A stretch of 64,000 nt of DNA, from NCBI GenBank assembly GCA_965227295.1, contig OZ245742.1, positions 288,001 through 352,000 of the forward strand. The letters run 5' to 3'. The notes under the pieces were generated by a model, which saw nothing but the letters and a program-made list of their open reading frames with translations, had not been told where the DNA came from and made no database searches. A program made the translations under genes and the position numbers. The stretch comes from Leptonemataceae bacterium. Lineage in GTDB: Bacteria; Spirochaetota; Leptospiria; Leptospirales; Leptonemataceae. Positions 18,570-28,799 of the stretch are shown in pieces; positions within the stretch are counted from its first letter, which is position 1; every line of letters begins with the position of its first letter.

Positions 18570-19198
18570 AACTTCAGCTCGTACCGATCAGCCGCCTGGC
18601 CGTCACGTTTAGCATCATCGTACAAACTATTAGCGGACTGATTCTTCTCCGGATCCCGCGCCTGCTGCATGGCCTCGCCTTCCATGGCCGCCGCGTCGCC
18701 TGCGGCGGCCATGTCGGCGCCGGAGGGATCGCCGGGGGCCAGGGCCGCCGCGGCAATGCGGCGCGCTTTCTGCGCCGTGGCCTCGGGATCGCCGGCAACC
18801 GGAGACGTATCGATGCGCACTTCCCCGCCCACGGCGTAGGGTTTGCCGTCGGGACCGATCTGATACGTATAGTGCGGGCCGCTGGTGACGAGTTCGCCGG
18901 CCACCGCCATGTGCTTCTGTTCGTGAGTGCGAACCTCGCGATCGCGGGCCTTCAGTTCGTCCACTACCTTCTGTTCATCTTCAGTTAGCTGGTGGTCGGC
19001 GACCGGACCGCTGTTCGCACCGGAGCGGCCGTTCCGCACGGCCTTGCCGGAAACTTCGTCGCGACGATGCTGCAACGCCTCCGCCGGCGAGAGCGGCGTG
19101 CCGTCGGCGCGCTCCTTGTGCATCACCAGCGCGTGTTCGCCGGTGCCGAGCAGGACCGCGGAGGGGTCCGCGAGGATCTTTGCGAGGGCCTGGAGCAT
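18560..19198 (-). CDS. SprA-related family putative metalloprotease
   Basis: RDREVRTHEQKH (HExxH), YQIGPDGKPYAVGGEV, AALAPGDPS..D motifs. Confidence 0.85.
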   Translation of the reverse strand: MLQALAKILADPSAVLLGTGEHALVMHKERADGTPLSPAEALQHRRDEVSGKAVRNGRSGANSGPVADHQLTEDEQKVVDELKARDREVRTHEQKHMAVAGELVTSGPHYTYQIGPDGKPYAVGGEVRIDTSPVAGDPEATAQKARRIAAAALAPGDPSGADMAAAGDAAAMEGEAMQQARDPEKNQSANSLYDDAKRDGQAADRYELKLWA

Positions 19199-19296
19199 CC
19201 CGGTTCGTACTATCGGCGGGCGCGCAGGCGTACTTTATAGGCGCCGGTCCACCGGATTCCTGCTTGCCACCGGGAACGTTCATTCCACAATCCCGC

Positions 19297-20784
19297 ATGA
19301 CCCAGGCCGCCGCGCGTCTATCCACCCGCCTCAAAACGCTCTACAGCACCGGCGACCTCGCCACCTCGATCCCCATCACCATCATCATGTACTTCCGCTT
19401 CGTCTTTCTCGCGGACATCGCGGGATTGGGACCGGCGCTCGCGGGCTGGGTCGTGCTGATCGGCCGGCTGTGGGACGCCGTAAACGATCCGCTGATCGGC
19501 CAGTGGTCGGACCGCATTCGCTCGCGCTTCGGTCGACGGCGCGTGCTGCTGCTCTTCGGTTCGCTGCCGCTGGGATTGTCGTTCGTGATGATGTGGCTCG
19601 TACCGTTCGGCGAAAATCAGGTGATGGCCCTGGCCGTTTATTATACGCTCACGTTCATCGCCTTCGATACGATGTACACCGTCATTCACCTGGGCTACAA
19701 CTCGCTCACACCCGAGCTCACGACAGACTACGACGAACGTTCCTCGCTCAACGGCTACCGCATGGCCTACAGCATCGGCGGCGCCCTGGGGGCCATCATC
19801 CTGAAGACGGTGCTGGGTTGGTACATCACCGATCTCGAAACGCTCTACCAGGTAACGGGCATCGGCCTGGGAGTTTTCATCGTACTGCCGCCGCTGGTGG
19901 TCTTTATCGTCACGAAAGATCACAAGGCGCCGGCGGAACACGACGAGGCGCTTCCCACCTTAGATGCACTTCGGCACACATTAACAAACAAACCGTTCTG
20001 GATGGTGATGGGGCTGTATCTGTTCTCCTGGACCACGGCGTCCATCATGGCGTCCATGCTGGTCTTCTATATTCAGTACTACATGCAATCGCCCGGCCAG
20101 GCGGACTACGTCGTACTCGTGGCACAAAGCGCGGCAATTCTGTTCATCCCCGTCTGCGTCCGGCTCTCACAAAAACTCGACAAGCGCCGCTCGTTCATCG
20201 TCGGTGCGGGCGCCTGGATCGCGGTGCTGCTGGGCATTTCGGGACTCCAGCCGGACCAACTCGGCATCGCCTACATTCTCGCGGGCCTCGCGGGCTTCGG
20301 CATCGCCACGGCCTACGTGGTGCCCTGGTCCATGGTGCCCGACATCATCGAAGAGGATCAAATCAAAACCGGACGGCGACGCGAGGGATCGTTCTACGCC
20401 TTCATTGCATTTTTTCAGAAGTTAGGCACGGCCGTGGCGTTGTGGGCCGTGGGCCAAATGCTCGCCTACTCCGGCTATGTGACGCCGCTGCGCGAGACCA
20501 TCAACGACGGCATCGCGCGTTTCGGCGGCAGCGCGGCCACGGCGCCGGGCATCGACGAGGCCGCGCGCGCGAACATCGCCGCGCTCGTAGATACCATGAC
20601 CGGCCTGCCCGCACAGAGCGCGGCCACGCTGGATACCATGCGCCTGTTCATGGGCCCGGTGCCCGCCGCGTTGTTGCTGCTTGCCATCCTGTGCATCTGG
20701 AACTATCCCATCAGCCGGCAACGACATCAGGACAACCTGGAACAACTGAGCGAAGACGTCGAAGCGACGGTTCCGATTCCGTAA
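19297..20784 (+). CDS. MFS transporter, GPH (melibiose-like sugar:cation symporter) family
   Basis: WDAVNDPLIGQWSDR.RSRFGRRR, ELTTDYDERSSL, RREG motifs; about 12 TMs. Confidence 0.92.
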   Translation: MTQAAARLSTRLKTLYSTGDLATSIPITIIMYFRFVFLADIAGLGPALAGWVVLIGRLWDAVNDPLIGQWSDRIRSRFGRRRVLLLFGSLPLGLSFVMMWLVPFGENQVMALAVYYTLTFIAFDTMYTVIHLGYNSLTPELTTDYDERSSLNGYRMAYSIGGALGAIILKTVLGWYITDLETLYQVTGIGLGVFIVLPPLVVFIVTKDHKAPAEHDEALPTLDALRHTLTNKPFWMVMGLYLFSWTTASIMASMLVFYIQYYMQSPGQADYVVLVAQSAAILFIPVCVRLSQKLDKRRSFIVGAGAWIAVLLGISGLQPDQLGIAYILAGLAGFGIATAYVVPWSMVPDIIEEDQIKTGRRREGSFYAFIAFFQKLGTAVALWAVGQMLAYSGYVTPLRETINDGIARFGGSAATAPGIDEAARANIAALVDTMTGLPAQSAATLDTMRLFMGPVPAALLLLAILCIWNYPISRQRHQDNLEQLSEDVEATVPIP

Positions 20785-20785
20785 C

Positions 20786-21178
20786 GTGGCCCCGCGCAAA
20801 AAGAAAGCCGCGCCGGGGAAAAAACGCACGGCAAAAAAGAAGCGCGCCGTGAAAAAGAAAGTCGCGCCTCGCAAGAAAAGCGGCACATCCAAAAAGAAAA
20901 AGGCTGTACGTAAAAGCGATCCGTGGTATGTTTATATGATCCGCGCGCAAAACGGCGCGTTGTATACCGGCATCACCACGGACCTGGAGCGGCGCCTGGC
21001 CGAACACAAGGCCGGCCCGCGGCGCGGCGGCGCAAAGTACTTCGCGGCGAACGCCCCGGTAAAACTGGTGTATCGCGAAGGCCAGGCGGATCGTTCGTCG
21101 GCAAGCAAACGCGAAGCGGAGATTAAGAAACTGCCGCGCGTTGAAAAGTTACAGTTGATAAAACGACGCGGTATGTGA
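20786..21178 (+). CDS. GIY-YIG nuclease (UPF0213-like) with a Lys-rich N-terminal tail
   Basis: WYVYMI...LYTGITTDLERRLAEH, GAKY, REAEIKKL; first ~40 aa are K/A/R-rich. Confidence 0.88.
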   Translation: MAPRKKKAAPGKKRTAKKKRAVKKKVAPRKKSGTSKKKKAVRKSDPWYVYMIRAQNGALYTGITTDLERRLAEHKAGPRRGGAKYFAANAPVKLVYREGQADRSSASKREAEIKKLPRVEKLQLIKRRGM

Positions 21179-21194
21179 GGGCTCGAGGCCGTTT

Positions 21195-21638
21195 ATGTGG
21201 GAGTACATCGGACCGAACAAAAAAATCCGGCCCGGACGTCCGAATCCGGAGAGCAGCGACATTCACCAGGCGAGCGGTGTCAGTTCAAAGAGCGACGCCG
21301 ACGCCATCGACGGTTCGGAGCACAGTGAACTGGCCGACGAAACGCAACGCCAGCGCCAGGCGCCGCGACGTCGTTTTCGCCCCACGCGAAAACTAACGTG
21401 CCCGGCCTGCGACTCGCCCATGGAAATCGAACAGATCGGCCGTGTGGAGGTGGATCGTTGTACGAACTGCGGCGGCATCTTCCTGGACCCCGGCGAACTG
21501 CGGGAACTTACCGGCACGGGTCTTTCCAGCTATCACCCGGCGCAGCAGAGCGACGAACAGGATCGGGATTTCATCATATATACGCCGCACGGCTTGAGCG
21601 ATCACGTCGTGGATCGCGACCACGATCACGAAGATTAA
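21195..21638 (+). CDS. zf-TFIIB zinc-ribbon domain protein
   Basis: CPAC...VDRCTNCGGIFLDPGEL. Confidence 0.8.
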   Translation: MWEYIGPNKKIRPGRPNPESSDIHQASGVSSKSDADAIDGSEHSELADETQRQRQAPRRRFRPTRKLTCPACDSPMEIEQIGRVEVDRCTNCGGIFLDPGELRELTGTGLSSYHPAQQSDEQDRDFIIYTPHGLSDHVVDRDHDHED

Positions 21639-21678
21639 GGCGAACCCTCCGGCCCGGCCCTCGTCGAAAGCAAACAGG

Positions 21679-22377
21679 ATGATTCTTATGAAACGAGTAT
21701 ATCTTTCCATCATGACCGTCGTTGCGTTGTTTTCCGTGCCCCTGGCAGCGCAAGACAACGCGAACGAACCGCAACTCAGCGTCTCCGGCGAGGGCGTCGT
21801 CAGCGTCACCGCGACGCATGCACAGATTCAACTCGGCGTATTTTCCGAGGCGAAAAGCGCCAGGGCCGCCCAGGCCGAGACGGCGCGCAAGGCGAACGCC
21901 GTGGTAAACATGCTGCGCGGCGAGGACGCGAGCGACATCGAAACGGTACGCATATCTTTACAGCCGCGCTACGAACGCAAGAAGACCTCCGGCGAAACCG
22001 AGATTGAAGGCTACATCTCCACGAACGTGCTGTCGTTTCGCATTGAACTGAAACGTGCCGGCGAGTTGCTGGACAAGTCCGTGAAGGCGGGCGCGAACCG
22101 CATCGAATCCGTACAGCTAACTGCCGATGATAAAGTATTAAAGCAAGCCCGGGAACGAGCCCTGGCCGCCGCAGCCGTCGACGCCCGGGCGCAGGCAAAG
22201 ATCGTTCTGGACGCGTTGGGTCTCAAGATGAAACGCATCACGCAAATCAACGCCGGCGCGGCCTTCCCCGGCCCGCGACCCTACGCCATCAATCAAATGC
22301 GGGAAAGCGCGGACACCCCGGTCGTCGGCGGCGACTTAGAAGTGCGCGCGAATGTTTCGATGGTCGTGGAATACTGA
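21679..22377 (+). CDS. SIMPL (DUF541) domain periplasmic protein
   Basis: Signal peptide; VSGEG, GANRI, A..DARAQA motifs; alternative start at 21688. Confidence 0.9.
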   Translation: MILMKRVYLSIMTVVALFSVPLAAQDNANEPQLSVSGEGVVSVTATHAQIQLGVFSEAKSARAAQAETARKANAVVNMLRGEDASDIETVRISLQPRYERKKTSGETEIEGYISTNVLSFRIELKRAGELLDKSVKAGANRIESVQLTADDKVLKQARERALAAAAVDARAQAKIVLDALGLKMKRITQINAGAAFPGPRPYAINQMRESADTPVVGGDLEVRANVSMVVEY

Positions 22378-22389
22378 GGTCGGTTTTTT

Positions 22390-22564
22390 ACTCCGAGGAC
22401 CGAGATACCGAGATACCGAGATTTTTTTGGGAAAGTATGCGTGTTTGCTTGCAGTCGGCTAATGAAAGCGGATTGACTAAAAGTCAAAGAAACCAGGTTA
22501 GCAAATCAGCATTCTGCCCACGCCACCCTCCCGAATCTTCCCTCGAAATCTCGGTCCTCGGAGT
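22390..22564. repeat. Family B element with 17-bp perfect terminal inverted repeats
   Basis: ACTCCGAGGACCGAGAT (22390-22406) and ATCTCGGTCCTCGGAGT (22548-22564); ACCGAGAT x3 at 22399-22422. Confidence 0.8.
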
Positions 22565-24160
22565 CTATCCCCCCACCCGCTCGGATTTCTCGGCGCCCAG
22601 TTTGCGCGCCGCCCGCAGCACGCTGCTCATGGTCGTGATCTGCGGGTTCACCGAGAGCCCCGTCGGAATCCAGGACGCGTCCATCACGAAGATGTTCTCG
22701 TGCCCGTACAACTCGAAGTTCGGCGCAATGGCTCCCTGCTCCGGCGAGGCCGCCGCCTGAATGGAACCGTGGGGATGCGCCGAGCCGATGCCCACGCGAT
22801 TCACCTCGGCACTCTTTTCCAGGACCCAGTCGAAGTTCGTGCCGGGGTTCACCTTCACCGGCTCCGTCATGTCCAGAAAGGGAAAGATCAACTCGCGCGC
22901 GCCCGCCGCGGCCTGGACCTCGGCGAGCATCTTCAGTCCGCGCAACAGATTCTTTTGATCACCCGGCGTGAGTTCGTAGTAGATTTTACGTTTGCCCCAG
23001 GACCATAACACGCTGCCGCCGGTTTCCCCGTCCGCCCCGTCACGAACCAGGACAATGCCGGCGTTCAGCTTGCGATAGTCGCCGGTGTACTTCACGGCGT
23101 TTTTGCCGTAGAACGGCATGAGCGCCGCGGTGAGCGTGGGGCGGAACGGCGCCACCTCCAGCCAGAAACCGTAGCCGGTGTTATCCTGATTGTGGCCGTC
23201 CTTGATGACCACGGACTGCGGCGGACCGGCCCACATGTCGATGTTTTCGTCAAAGACCGCGAAGATCGTCGACGTGGGGTGCAACTTCAAATTGCGGCCC
23301 ACCCAGTCGTTACCGATGTTGCTCCGCTGCAACAGCGCCGGGCCCTCTAAGGCACCGCCACTAACTATTACCACGGGCGCATCAATGCGCATGTTCTCGA
23401 TGATTTGCGAAGGCGCCGCTTCGTACGGATCCACCGTGAATTCGGCGTAGACCGACTTAATTTTACCGTCCAGGATCTTCGACGCGCGCATGTTCGTTAC
23501 GACGATCGCGCCGTGCTCGACGGCGTCGGGGATCCAGGTCAGGTACGTGGTCTGCTTCGCATTCACGGGACAGCCCAGGCCGCAGCGACCGAGGCCGATG
23601 CACTTGCCGTCGTTGTTGTTCAGCAACACTTCCGGATTGAGGCCGCGCTTGCGACCGCCGTTCATCAACACGGCGTTGTTGCGATTCCTCAGATTCTCGG
23701 GCACGGGTTTCACGCCCAGGCGTGCGTGCACTTCCTCGACGAAGGCGCCCATTTCCCCGCGCTCGCGATCGTAGCCGTCCAGGCCGAAGCGATCCCGCCA
23801 CTCGTCGGTAACGTAGTCCGGCGGGTACAGCGAAGTCTGCCAGTTCACCGTGGTCGAACCGCCCAGGGTGCGCCCCTGCACAATGCTGACGGTCTGATTT
23901 TCGCTGAGCGCGTAACCTGCGTCGCGGTACAAACGTGCGTGGGCCAGGAACTCGTCGTTCGGAAACTGGCCGAGGAAGTGCGAGCCCTCTTCGATTAAAA
24001 CGACGCGCCAGCCCTGTTTCGCCAGTTCGGCGGCGGCCACGGCACCACCGGCCCCGGAGCCGATGATGCAGACGTCCGCCTGGAGCCGCCAGTAGGAACC
24101 GACGCCCTCTTCGCGCATAACGCGCGCATGTTCCGCGGGAGTGATGACTACTTTCTTCAT
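22565..24160 (-). CDS. GMC-family FAD oxidoreductase (long-chain alcohol oxidase-like)
   Basis: IGSGAGG, GRTLGGSTTVN, C.GLGRCGLGC, SAHPHG, VNPQIT motifs. Confidence 0.92.
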   Translation of the reverse strand: MKKVVITPAEHARVMREEGVGSYWRLQADVCIIGSGAGGAVAAAELAKQGWRVVLIEEGSHFLGQFPNDEFLAHARLYRDAGYALSENQTVSIVQGRTLGGSTTVNWQTSLYPPDYVTDEWRDRFGLDGYDRERGEMGAFVEEVHARLGVKPVPENLRNRNNAVLMNGGRKRGLNPEVLLNNNDGKCIGLGRCGLGCPVNAKQTTYLTWIPDAVEHGAIVVTNMRASKILDGKIKSVYAEFTVDPYEAAPSQIIENMRIDAPVVIVSGGALEGPALLQRSNIGNDWVGRNLKLHPTSTIFAVFDENIDMWAGPPQSVVIKDGHNQDNTGYGFWLEVAPFRPTLTAALMPFYGKNAVKYTGDYRKLNAGIVLVRDGADGETGGSVLWSWGKRKIYYELTPGDQKNLLRGLKMLAEVQAAAGARELIFPFLDMTEPVKVNPGTNFDWVLEKSAEVNRVGIGSAHPHGSIQAAASPEQGAIAPNFELYGHENIFVMDASWIPTGLSVNPQITTMSSVLRAARKLGAEKSERVGG

Positions 24161-24726
24161 ACGTGCACCGCCGGGGAGTACGGGCGCAGGCCGCCGTCTA
24201 AGTTATAGCCGGTGAAAGCTACGTATTCGCGACTGGACGACAACAGAAAGTGGCTGGTCTGTTGCATAATCTTGAACAGGCCCATCTTCATTTGATCGCC
24301 GGAGTGTTTCCAGCCAAGCAAACGTTCTTCGCGCGCCTTCACGTCAAGGGCGACCAGCGTCGTGAACGAACCGTCGAGGGCCAGGGCCGCGAGCCAGGAA
24401 GACGGCGCCCCGGCGAGATCATGGACGAGTTGTTTTTTATCGATGGGGTACGGGTGTCCGTAGACGTAGTCGTCCGCGGCTTTGCCCAGATCGAATTCGA
24501 ACGGCAGCTCGGCCAGGAATACTTCGGCGAGCGCGTTCATGTTGTGATACTCCTGCGCGCTCAGGCCGGCGAGTTTCGGCGTTGCCCCGCCCGGTCCGCA
24601 GCGCAGGTTGCTGCCGGCGCCGACTACGAGCGACGTCGCCGCAAAGGCTTTGATGGCCCCGCGCAAAAACGTGCGCCGCGAGAATGGTGTTTGTGTGATT
24701 GTTGCGAAAGGATTGTGTGTATGCAT
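24157..24726 (-). CDS. Tat-signal partner protein of the GMC oxidoreductase (gluconate 2-dehydrogenase subunit 3-like)
   Basis: SRRTFLR twin-arginine motif; 4-bp overlap with the GMC start. Confidence 0.7.
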   Translation of the reverse strand: MHTHNPFATITQTPFSRRTFLRGAIKAFAATSLVVGAGSNLRCGPGGATPKLAGLSAQEYHNMNALAEVFLAELPFEFDLGKAADDYVYGHPYPIDKKQLVHDLAGAPSSWLAALALDGSFTTLVALDVKAREERLLGWKHSGDQMKMGLFKIMQQTSHFLLSSSREYVAFTGYNLDGGLRPYSPAVHV

Positions 24727-24828
24727 GAACTTCCCCCGCGAGACTTTACGGAACGGAAATTCATTTGAACAGCGTTTTTTCGATCGGAGAAGACCCTAAT
24801 CAAGAAGAAGTACTTCGTGGAATAATTC

Positions 24829-24940
24829 TTTGGGCGCGTCGGCGCTTCGCGCCGACCGCGCTACTTCGGGCTCCGCTATCGCTGCGGTCTCGCGCAAGCG
24901 CGAGACTGGCGCTACGCGCCACCCTTCGTATCGCTCGCGC
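24829..24940 (+). repeat. REP-like family A, copy 3
   Basis: TTTGGGCG...GGGCTCCGCTATCGCTGCGGTCTCGCGCAAGCGCGAGACTGGC... Confidence 0.85.
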
Positions 24941-24974
24941 GAAGAGTCTCGATTCAGTTCGAGCGTCTCAAATT

Positions 24975-26486
24975 TTACCGCCGGCAAATGGCTACCTGAT
25001 TCACGCCGCTTTCCACGGTCTTGATCTCCGGCACGTTCGTGAATTTCGAACGATCGAACAGTTCCTGCAACTGCTCCGCATCACGATAGTTGATCTGCCA
25101 TTCGAGGATGTGATCAAGGAAGTACTTATCCGGCATGGTCGGATGATAATTCGTGATCATGACGTCCCGGCCTTCCTGAATGTGATCGAACATCCAGTCC
25201 AGCACGGAGACGGATTGTTCGTCCGAGAGGTAGTCGAAGAGACCGAAGGCGTAAATGAATTCCTGGGGCCGAATCGTAAACTTGCCGCGGCCCTCCGCCA
25301 TGGCGATGACGTTTTCCTGCATGAACGTGAGCCGATGCTGGCAACCGAGGTCTCCCGCCACATTCGAAGCGAAGGCCAGGGCCTCCTGGTCCACATCCAG
25401 GCAGTTCGTCTCGATGACCTTATCGCCGGCCTTCGCGTAGCGATAGACGTCGAAGAGTTCCTCGGAGCAACCGCTGGCCAGGTTCGTCACGTAAAACACG
25501 CCGGTATCGTCGAGGGCTTCCTGTAAGATGATCTTCGCCAGCAACTCGCGGATTTCCCGACGCGCGCGGCAAAACGGGCGCTTGAGAAACCAGGCGTCGA
25601 TGAACGGACCCAGACGGCCGTCGCCCTCCGGCTCGTTGCGATAGATCATCTCGGACGTTTTGTAGTCGTCGGCGAAACCCCGCGGCTTCATGTAGCAGTG
25701 CGCGATGGTCTGCGAAAGCATGAACAGATTGAACGTCTCGCGAAAGATGTACGCCCCCACGCCGACGTCCAGGTGACCGGTATCGCGGAAGGACATGAGG
25801 TCGTCGTAACCGATCTCCACCAGGGCCTCCGGTTGCGTGTACTGGTCGAGCAGTTCGATGATGGTTTCGCAATGCTCGTTAACTTTCGTCTGCACTTCCT
25901 CGTTCCTGATGGAGCGCTGGCGCAGGCCGGAGTTGAGATCGCGCATGCCGGCCTGGAAGGTTTCGATGGCGTCTTCCAGTTGTTCGGGAATTTGCTGATC
26001 GGTAATGTAACCGAGACGCGTGCGGTGAAAACGACTGACCTGGGCAATCTCGTTTAAGTTCAGATCGCCTAAGTTCATGGCGATGTCCCGCAAACGGTGG
26101 GACAGAGTAACGGCGAGTGAATTGTAAAAACGCGCGGAAAAACCCGGCTCCGATGCGAGCAGCGAAGTAAGGTACGGGCCGTCGATGGCATCCACCTCCA
26201 CGTCTTCCTCGGCAATAACCGAGGCACTGGCGTCGGCCTGTTCGAGAAAGGACATCTCTCCGAAGAGTTCCCCGGGACCGAGGCGAGCGTAAGTGAGCAA
26301 CTGGCCGTCGTGATTGCGATCCACACGCACATAACCGGAACGGAGAATGTAGAGAATCTTTTGCTGCGAACCTTCTTCGATGAGGACGTCGTCCTTGCGG
26401 AAGGATTGCCGGCGCGCCTTGTTCAGGAGCTGCTGCCAGTCGGAGTCCGAGAGAAGATGAAAGGTGCCGTCTTTGATTTCTTCCAT
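24975..26486 (-). CDS. cNMP-binding domain fused to a class I SAM-dependent methyltransferase-like domain
   Basis: GELFGEMSFL...SASV cNMP motif; KPRGFADDY, NLASG, LDVD, GLFDYL methyltransferase motifs. Confidence 0.85.
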   Translation of the reverse strand: MEEIKDGTFHLLSDSDWQQLLNKARRQSFRKDDVLIEEGSQQKILYILRSGYVRVDRNHDGQLLTYARLGPGELFGEMSFLEQADASASVIAEEDVEVDAIDGPYLTSLLASEPGFSARFYNSLAVTLSHRLRDIAMNLGDLNLNEIAQVSRFHRTRLGYITDQQIPEQLEDAIETFQAGMRDLNSGLRQRSIRNEEVQTKVNEHCETIIELLDQYTQPEALVEIGYDDLMSFRDTGHLDVGVGAYIFRETFNLFMLSQTIAHCYMKPRGFADDYKTSEMIYRNEPEGDGRLGPFIDAWFLKRPFCRARREIRELLAKIILQEALDDTGVFYVTNLASGCSEELFDVYRYAKAGDKVIETNCLDVDQEALAFASNVAGDLGCQHRLTFMQENVIAMAEGRGKFTIRPQEFIYAFGLFDYLSDEQSVSVLDWMFDHIQEGRDVMITNYHPTMPDKYFLDHILEWQINYRDAEQLQELFDRSKFTNVPEIKTVESGVNQVAICRR

Positions 26487-26541
26487 TGTAGCGTGGTACC
26501 GTCAGCCTGAGTACATTTGAACGTTAAGTGAATCTTGCCGC

Positions 26542-27762
26542 TTATTTGCGCGCCCCTGCCGGCGGCGCCTCGTCTTTCGCTTTTTTGTCTTTCGGACCCA
26601 GGTTCTGCGGCAGGCCGAACTGAGCGGGGCGCCCGGCGAGACCTTTGTCGATGGCGTACTGCCACATGCGCATGCCCGCGTTCTGCGCGAAACGGCGACC
26701 CCCGGGCACTGTTTTACGCAGGACTTCGGTAAAAGCAACGATGATTTTCAGTACGGGCAGGAAGAATCGCCACCAGGTACGCGGATACTGCAACTCGGCG
26801 GCGTTGTCTTTGCCGATGAAATCAAACGAGATTCCGTACAGCGCCCGGGAAACCCAGCGAGTATTCTCCATGCCGATCACATTGTGAGCGGCTTCTTCAC
26901 CGGCGCCCATGAGCGCCTGCACGAGCGTGATGCTGTCGTCGTCCGCAACGTAGCGAGACTCCATGATCAAATTCAACAGACGCCAGCCCTCGACCTCGGT
27001 GGACGCCAGGATCTCCGGTTCAATGCCGCCCAAATAACCGTTGTACTTCCAGAAATGCATGACCGCCTCGCTCTCGCGATCCGTAAACGTCATTCCGGAG
27101 CGACGTAGCGCCTGGAGGACGACGATCGAGAACAGCAGGTTGGTTCCGAGGAAGTCGACCTGGTTGATGGGCGTCCCCCACTCTTCGGACTTCCAGCGAC
27201 CGGAGCGCAGGAGCAATCGCCGGACCTGGGCGTGCATGAGGCGGACACGGGCGGTAATCATGAATCCCGGAGAGTTACGCTCCATACCGCCCGGTTTACA
27301 GACTTCCAGGACAAACCGCGACGTCTCCATGAGCCGACGATAAGCCCGTTGCACGAGCTTCCCGGAAAACACCAGGGGTTTGTTCCCGGCGGGAGCCAGG
27401 TAGCCGTACGGCAGCGAGTAACACAGAAGGGCCATGGAACCCAGGAAGCCGGCCCGCATGAACGTGGCCCCGCCGAGATCGACCATGTCCGGGTCCACCC
27501 ACAGCGGCCGGTGATCCAGCTGATACATGAAGTCGAGCAGGGACTGCGGCGGATTCTGAACGGTGTCGATGCCCTCCCGCAGGGCCTGGTCCAGCATCTT
27601 CGCGCCGCGCCCGGGGGGCAGTTGCGCGAAGGAATCCACGACCGCATCGGCCAGCCGGTCCCCGCGAAAGAAGTACGGCGCCAGCCGATCCACCAGATCC
27701 CCGTAGCGCTCCCGCATTGCGTCAAGGTGCGCATATCGCCCTGGAAATTCCGACCCGGCCAT
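26542..27762 (-). CDS. MpaB/Lcp-like (DUF2236) haem oxygenase-family protein
   Basis: RRLMET, RVRLMHAQVR, WGTPINQ.D motifs. Confidence 0.88.
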   Translation of the reverse strand: MAGSEFPGRYAHLDAMRERYGDLVDRLAPYFFRGDRLADAVVDSFAQLPPGRGAKMLDQALREGIDTVQNPPQSLLDFMYQLDHRPLWVDPDMVDLGGATFMRAGFLGSMALLCYSLPYGYLAPAGNKPLVFSGKLVQRAYRRLMETSRFVLEVCKPGGMERNSPGFMITARVRLMHAQVRRLLLRSGRWKSEEWGTPINQVDFLGTNLLFSIVVLQALRRSGMTFTDRESEAVMHFWKYNGYLGGIEPEILASTEVEGWRLLNLIMESRYVADDDSITLVQALMGAGEEAAHNVIGMENTRWVSRALYGISFDFIGKDNAAELQYPRTWWRFFLPVLKIIVAFTEVLRKTVPGGRRFAQNAGMRMWQYAIDKGLAGRPAQFGLPQNLGPKDKKAKDEAPPAGARK

Positions 27763-27872
27763 GTCCTATTATATAACGGCCCCCGGAGTAAGCAATCTTG
27801 ACTGATACTTGTACGAAACTAGTGAAATCAGGGCGTCCACGGAGAAGAAGGCGAACTCTAATGTAAGATCTA

Positions 27873-28132
27873 TTTGGGCGTCTGCCCCGCCGCGCCGCGG
27901 ATGCGGCGGGGCACCGCGCTTTGCGCGACTCCGCTTCGCTGCGGTCTCGGCCTGCGGCCGAGACTGGCCTTCGGCCATCGCTCCAATCGCTGACGCGAAG
28001 AGCCGCGAGTCTCAAGCGCCAGGCATGCGGAGGGTGCCGCGCAGCGGCAGACTCGCGCCCCAGGCGCGAGGCCGAGGACGAAGTCCGAGCCCGGAGCACG
28101 CCGACCCGAGCGCAGCGAGGGGGGCGCCCAAA
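27873..28132. repeat. REP-like family A inverted doublet (copies 4 and 5)
   Basis: Forward copy 27873-27996 and inverted copy 28016-28132; ends TTTGGGCG...CGCCCAAA. Confidence 0.85.
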
Positions 28133-28178
28133 AAAGAAGTTTCTGAGTTACTCCCCTGTGATTCGGGGGGCTGCGATA

Positions 28179-28799
28179 TCAGGTCCTCGGAAACCAGGTG
28201 ACCTTGAATTCCTCGGCCTCGCGGCCGGATTCGCCGGAAGCGGTGCCGTGGGAAGTACGCTCGACCTGGGGAAAACGCACGCCGGTCTGCGAAACCAGGC
28301 CGTGAAAGATGCCGAGTTGCAATACCGGATGCACTCGAAGATTGCAGCGGATCACGGCCTCGCGCGCGCCGGACTCCTGGAGGACCCAGCCGCGGTTGTC
28401 CGGATCCCGGAACAGGGCCTTCGTTTCGTGGACCCAGGCCCGCAACGCGTCCACCGGCCCGGCGTCCGAGGACAGTCGTCCGTGAGCCGAGAGTTCGTTG
28501 AAGATGCGTTTCCCCGTGCGTTCGCCGCTGGCCTTCAGGCTCGCGGGGCCGATGTTCTTTTCCAGCCAGGCGCACATACGTCCGTAAAGTTCCAGCGAGA
28601 CCCAGGCGTCAGGATTGCCGAGGTCGCAGGGCTCGGCCAGATCGAAGAGCTCCCGCAGCGGACCGTCTTTCAAGAGCGTATAGTTCCGCAAGAGGTCCGG
28701 CACGAAGGCCGAGCGCAGCACGGACTTACGAAGCGGCAGCTCGCTCTGTTTTTCGCCAGGGTCATTCATTTTTTGATGTGGATTCTCGGTCTGGATCAT
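28179..28799 (-). CDS. Hypothetical protein, possible V4R/H-NOX-like small-ligand-binding fold
   Basis: PDAWVSL, GIFHGL and terminal FKVTW pattern; fold assignment is inference. Confidence 0.6.
   Translation of the reverse strand: MIQTENPHQKMNDPGEKQSELPLRKSVLRSAFVPDLLRNYTLLKDGPLRELFDLAEPCDLGNPDAWVSLELYGRMCAWLEKNIGPASLKASGERTGKRIFNELSAHGRLSSDAGPVDALRAWVHETKALFRDPDNRGWVLQESGAREAVIRCNLRVHPVLQLGIFHGLVSQTGVRFPQVERTSHGTASGESGREAEEFKVTWFPRT

Noticed and set aside
18927-20852. 641-aa alternative-frame ORF and other long shadow ORFs (e.g. 7563-8720, 37934-39220, 40444-41541, 49978-51159, 58758-60206)
   Set aside because: They overlap well-supported genes, have no recognisable motifs, and are expected in high-GC DNA
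22399-22422. ACCGAGAT x3 and other repeats as a CRISPR array
   Set aside because: Units are 8 bp with no spacers; there is no regularly spaced 25-40 bp repeat and no cas gene in the window
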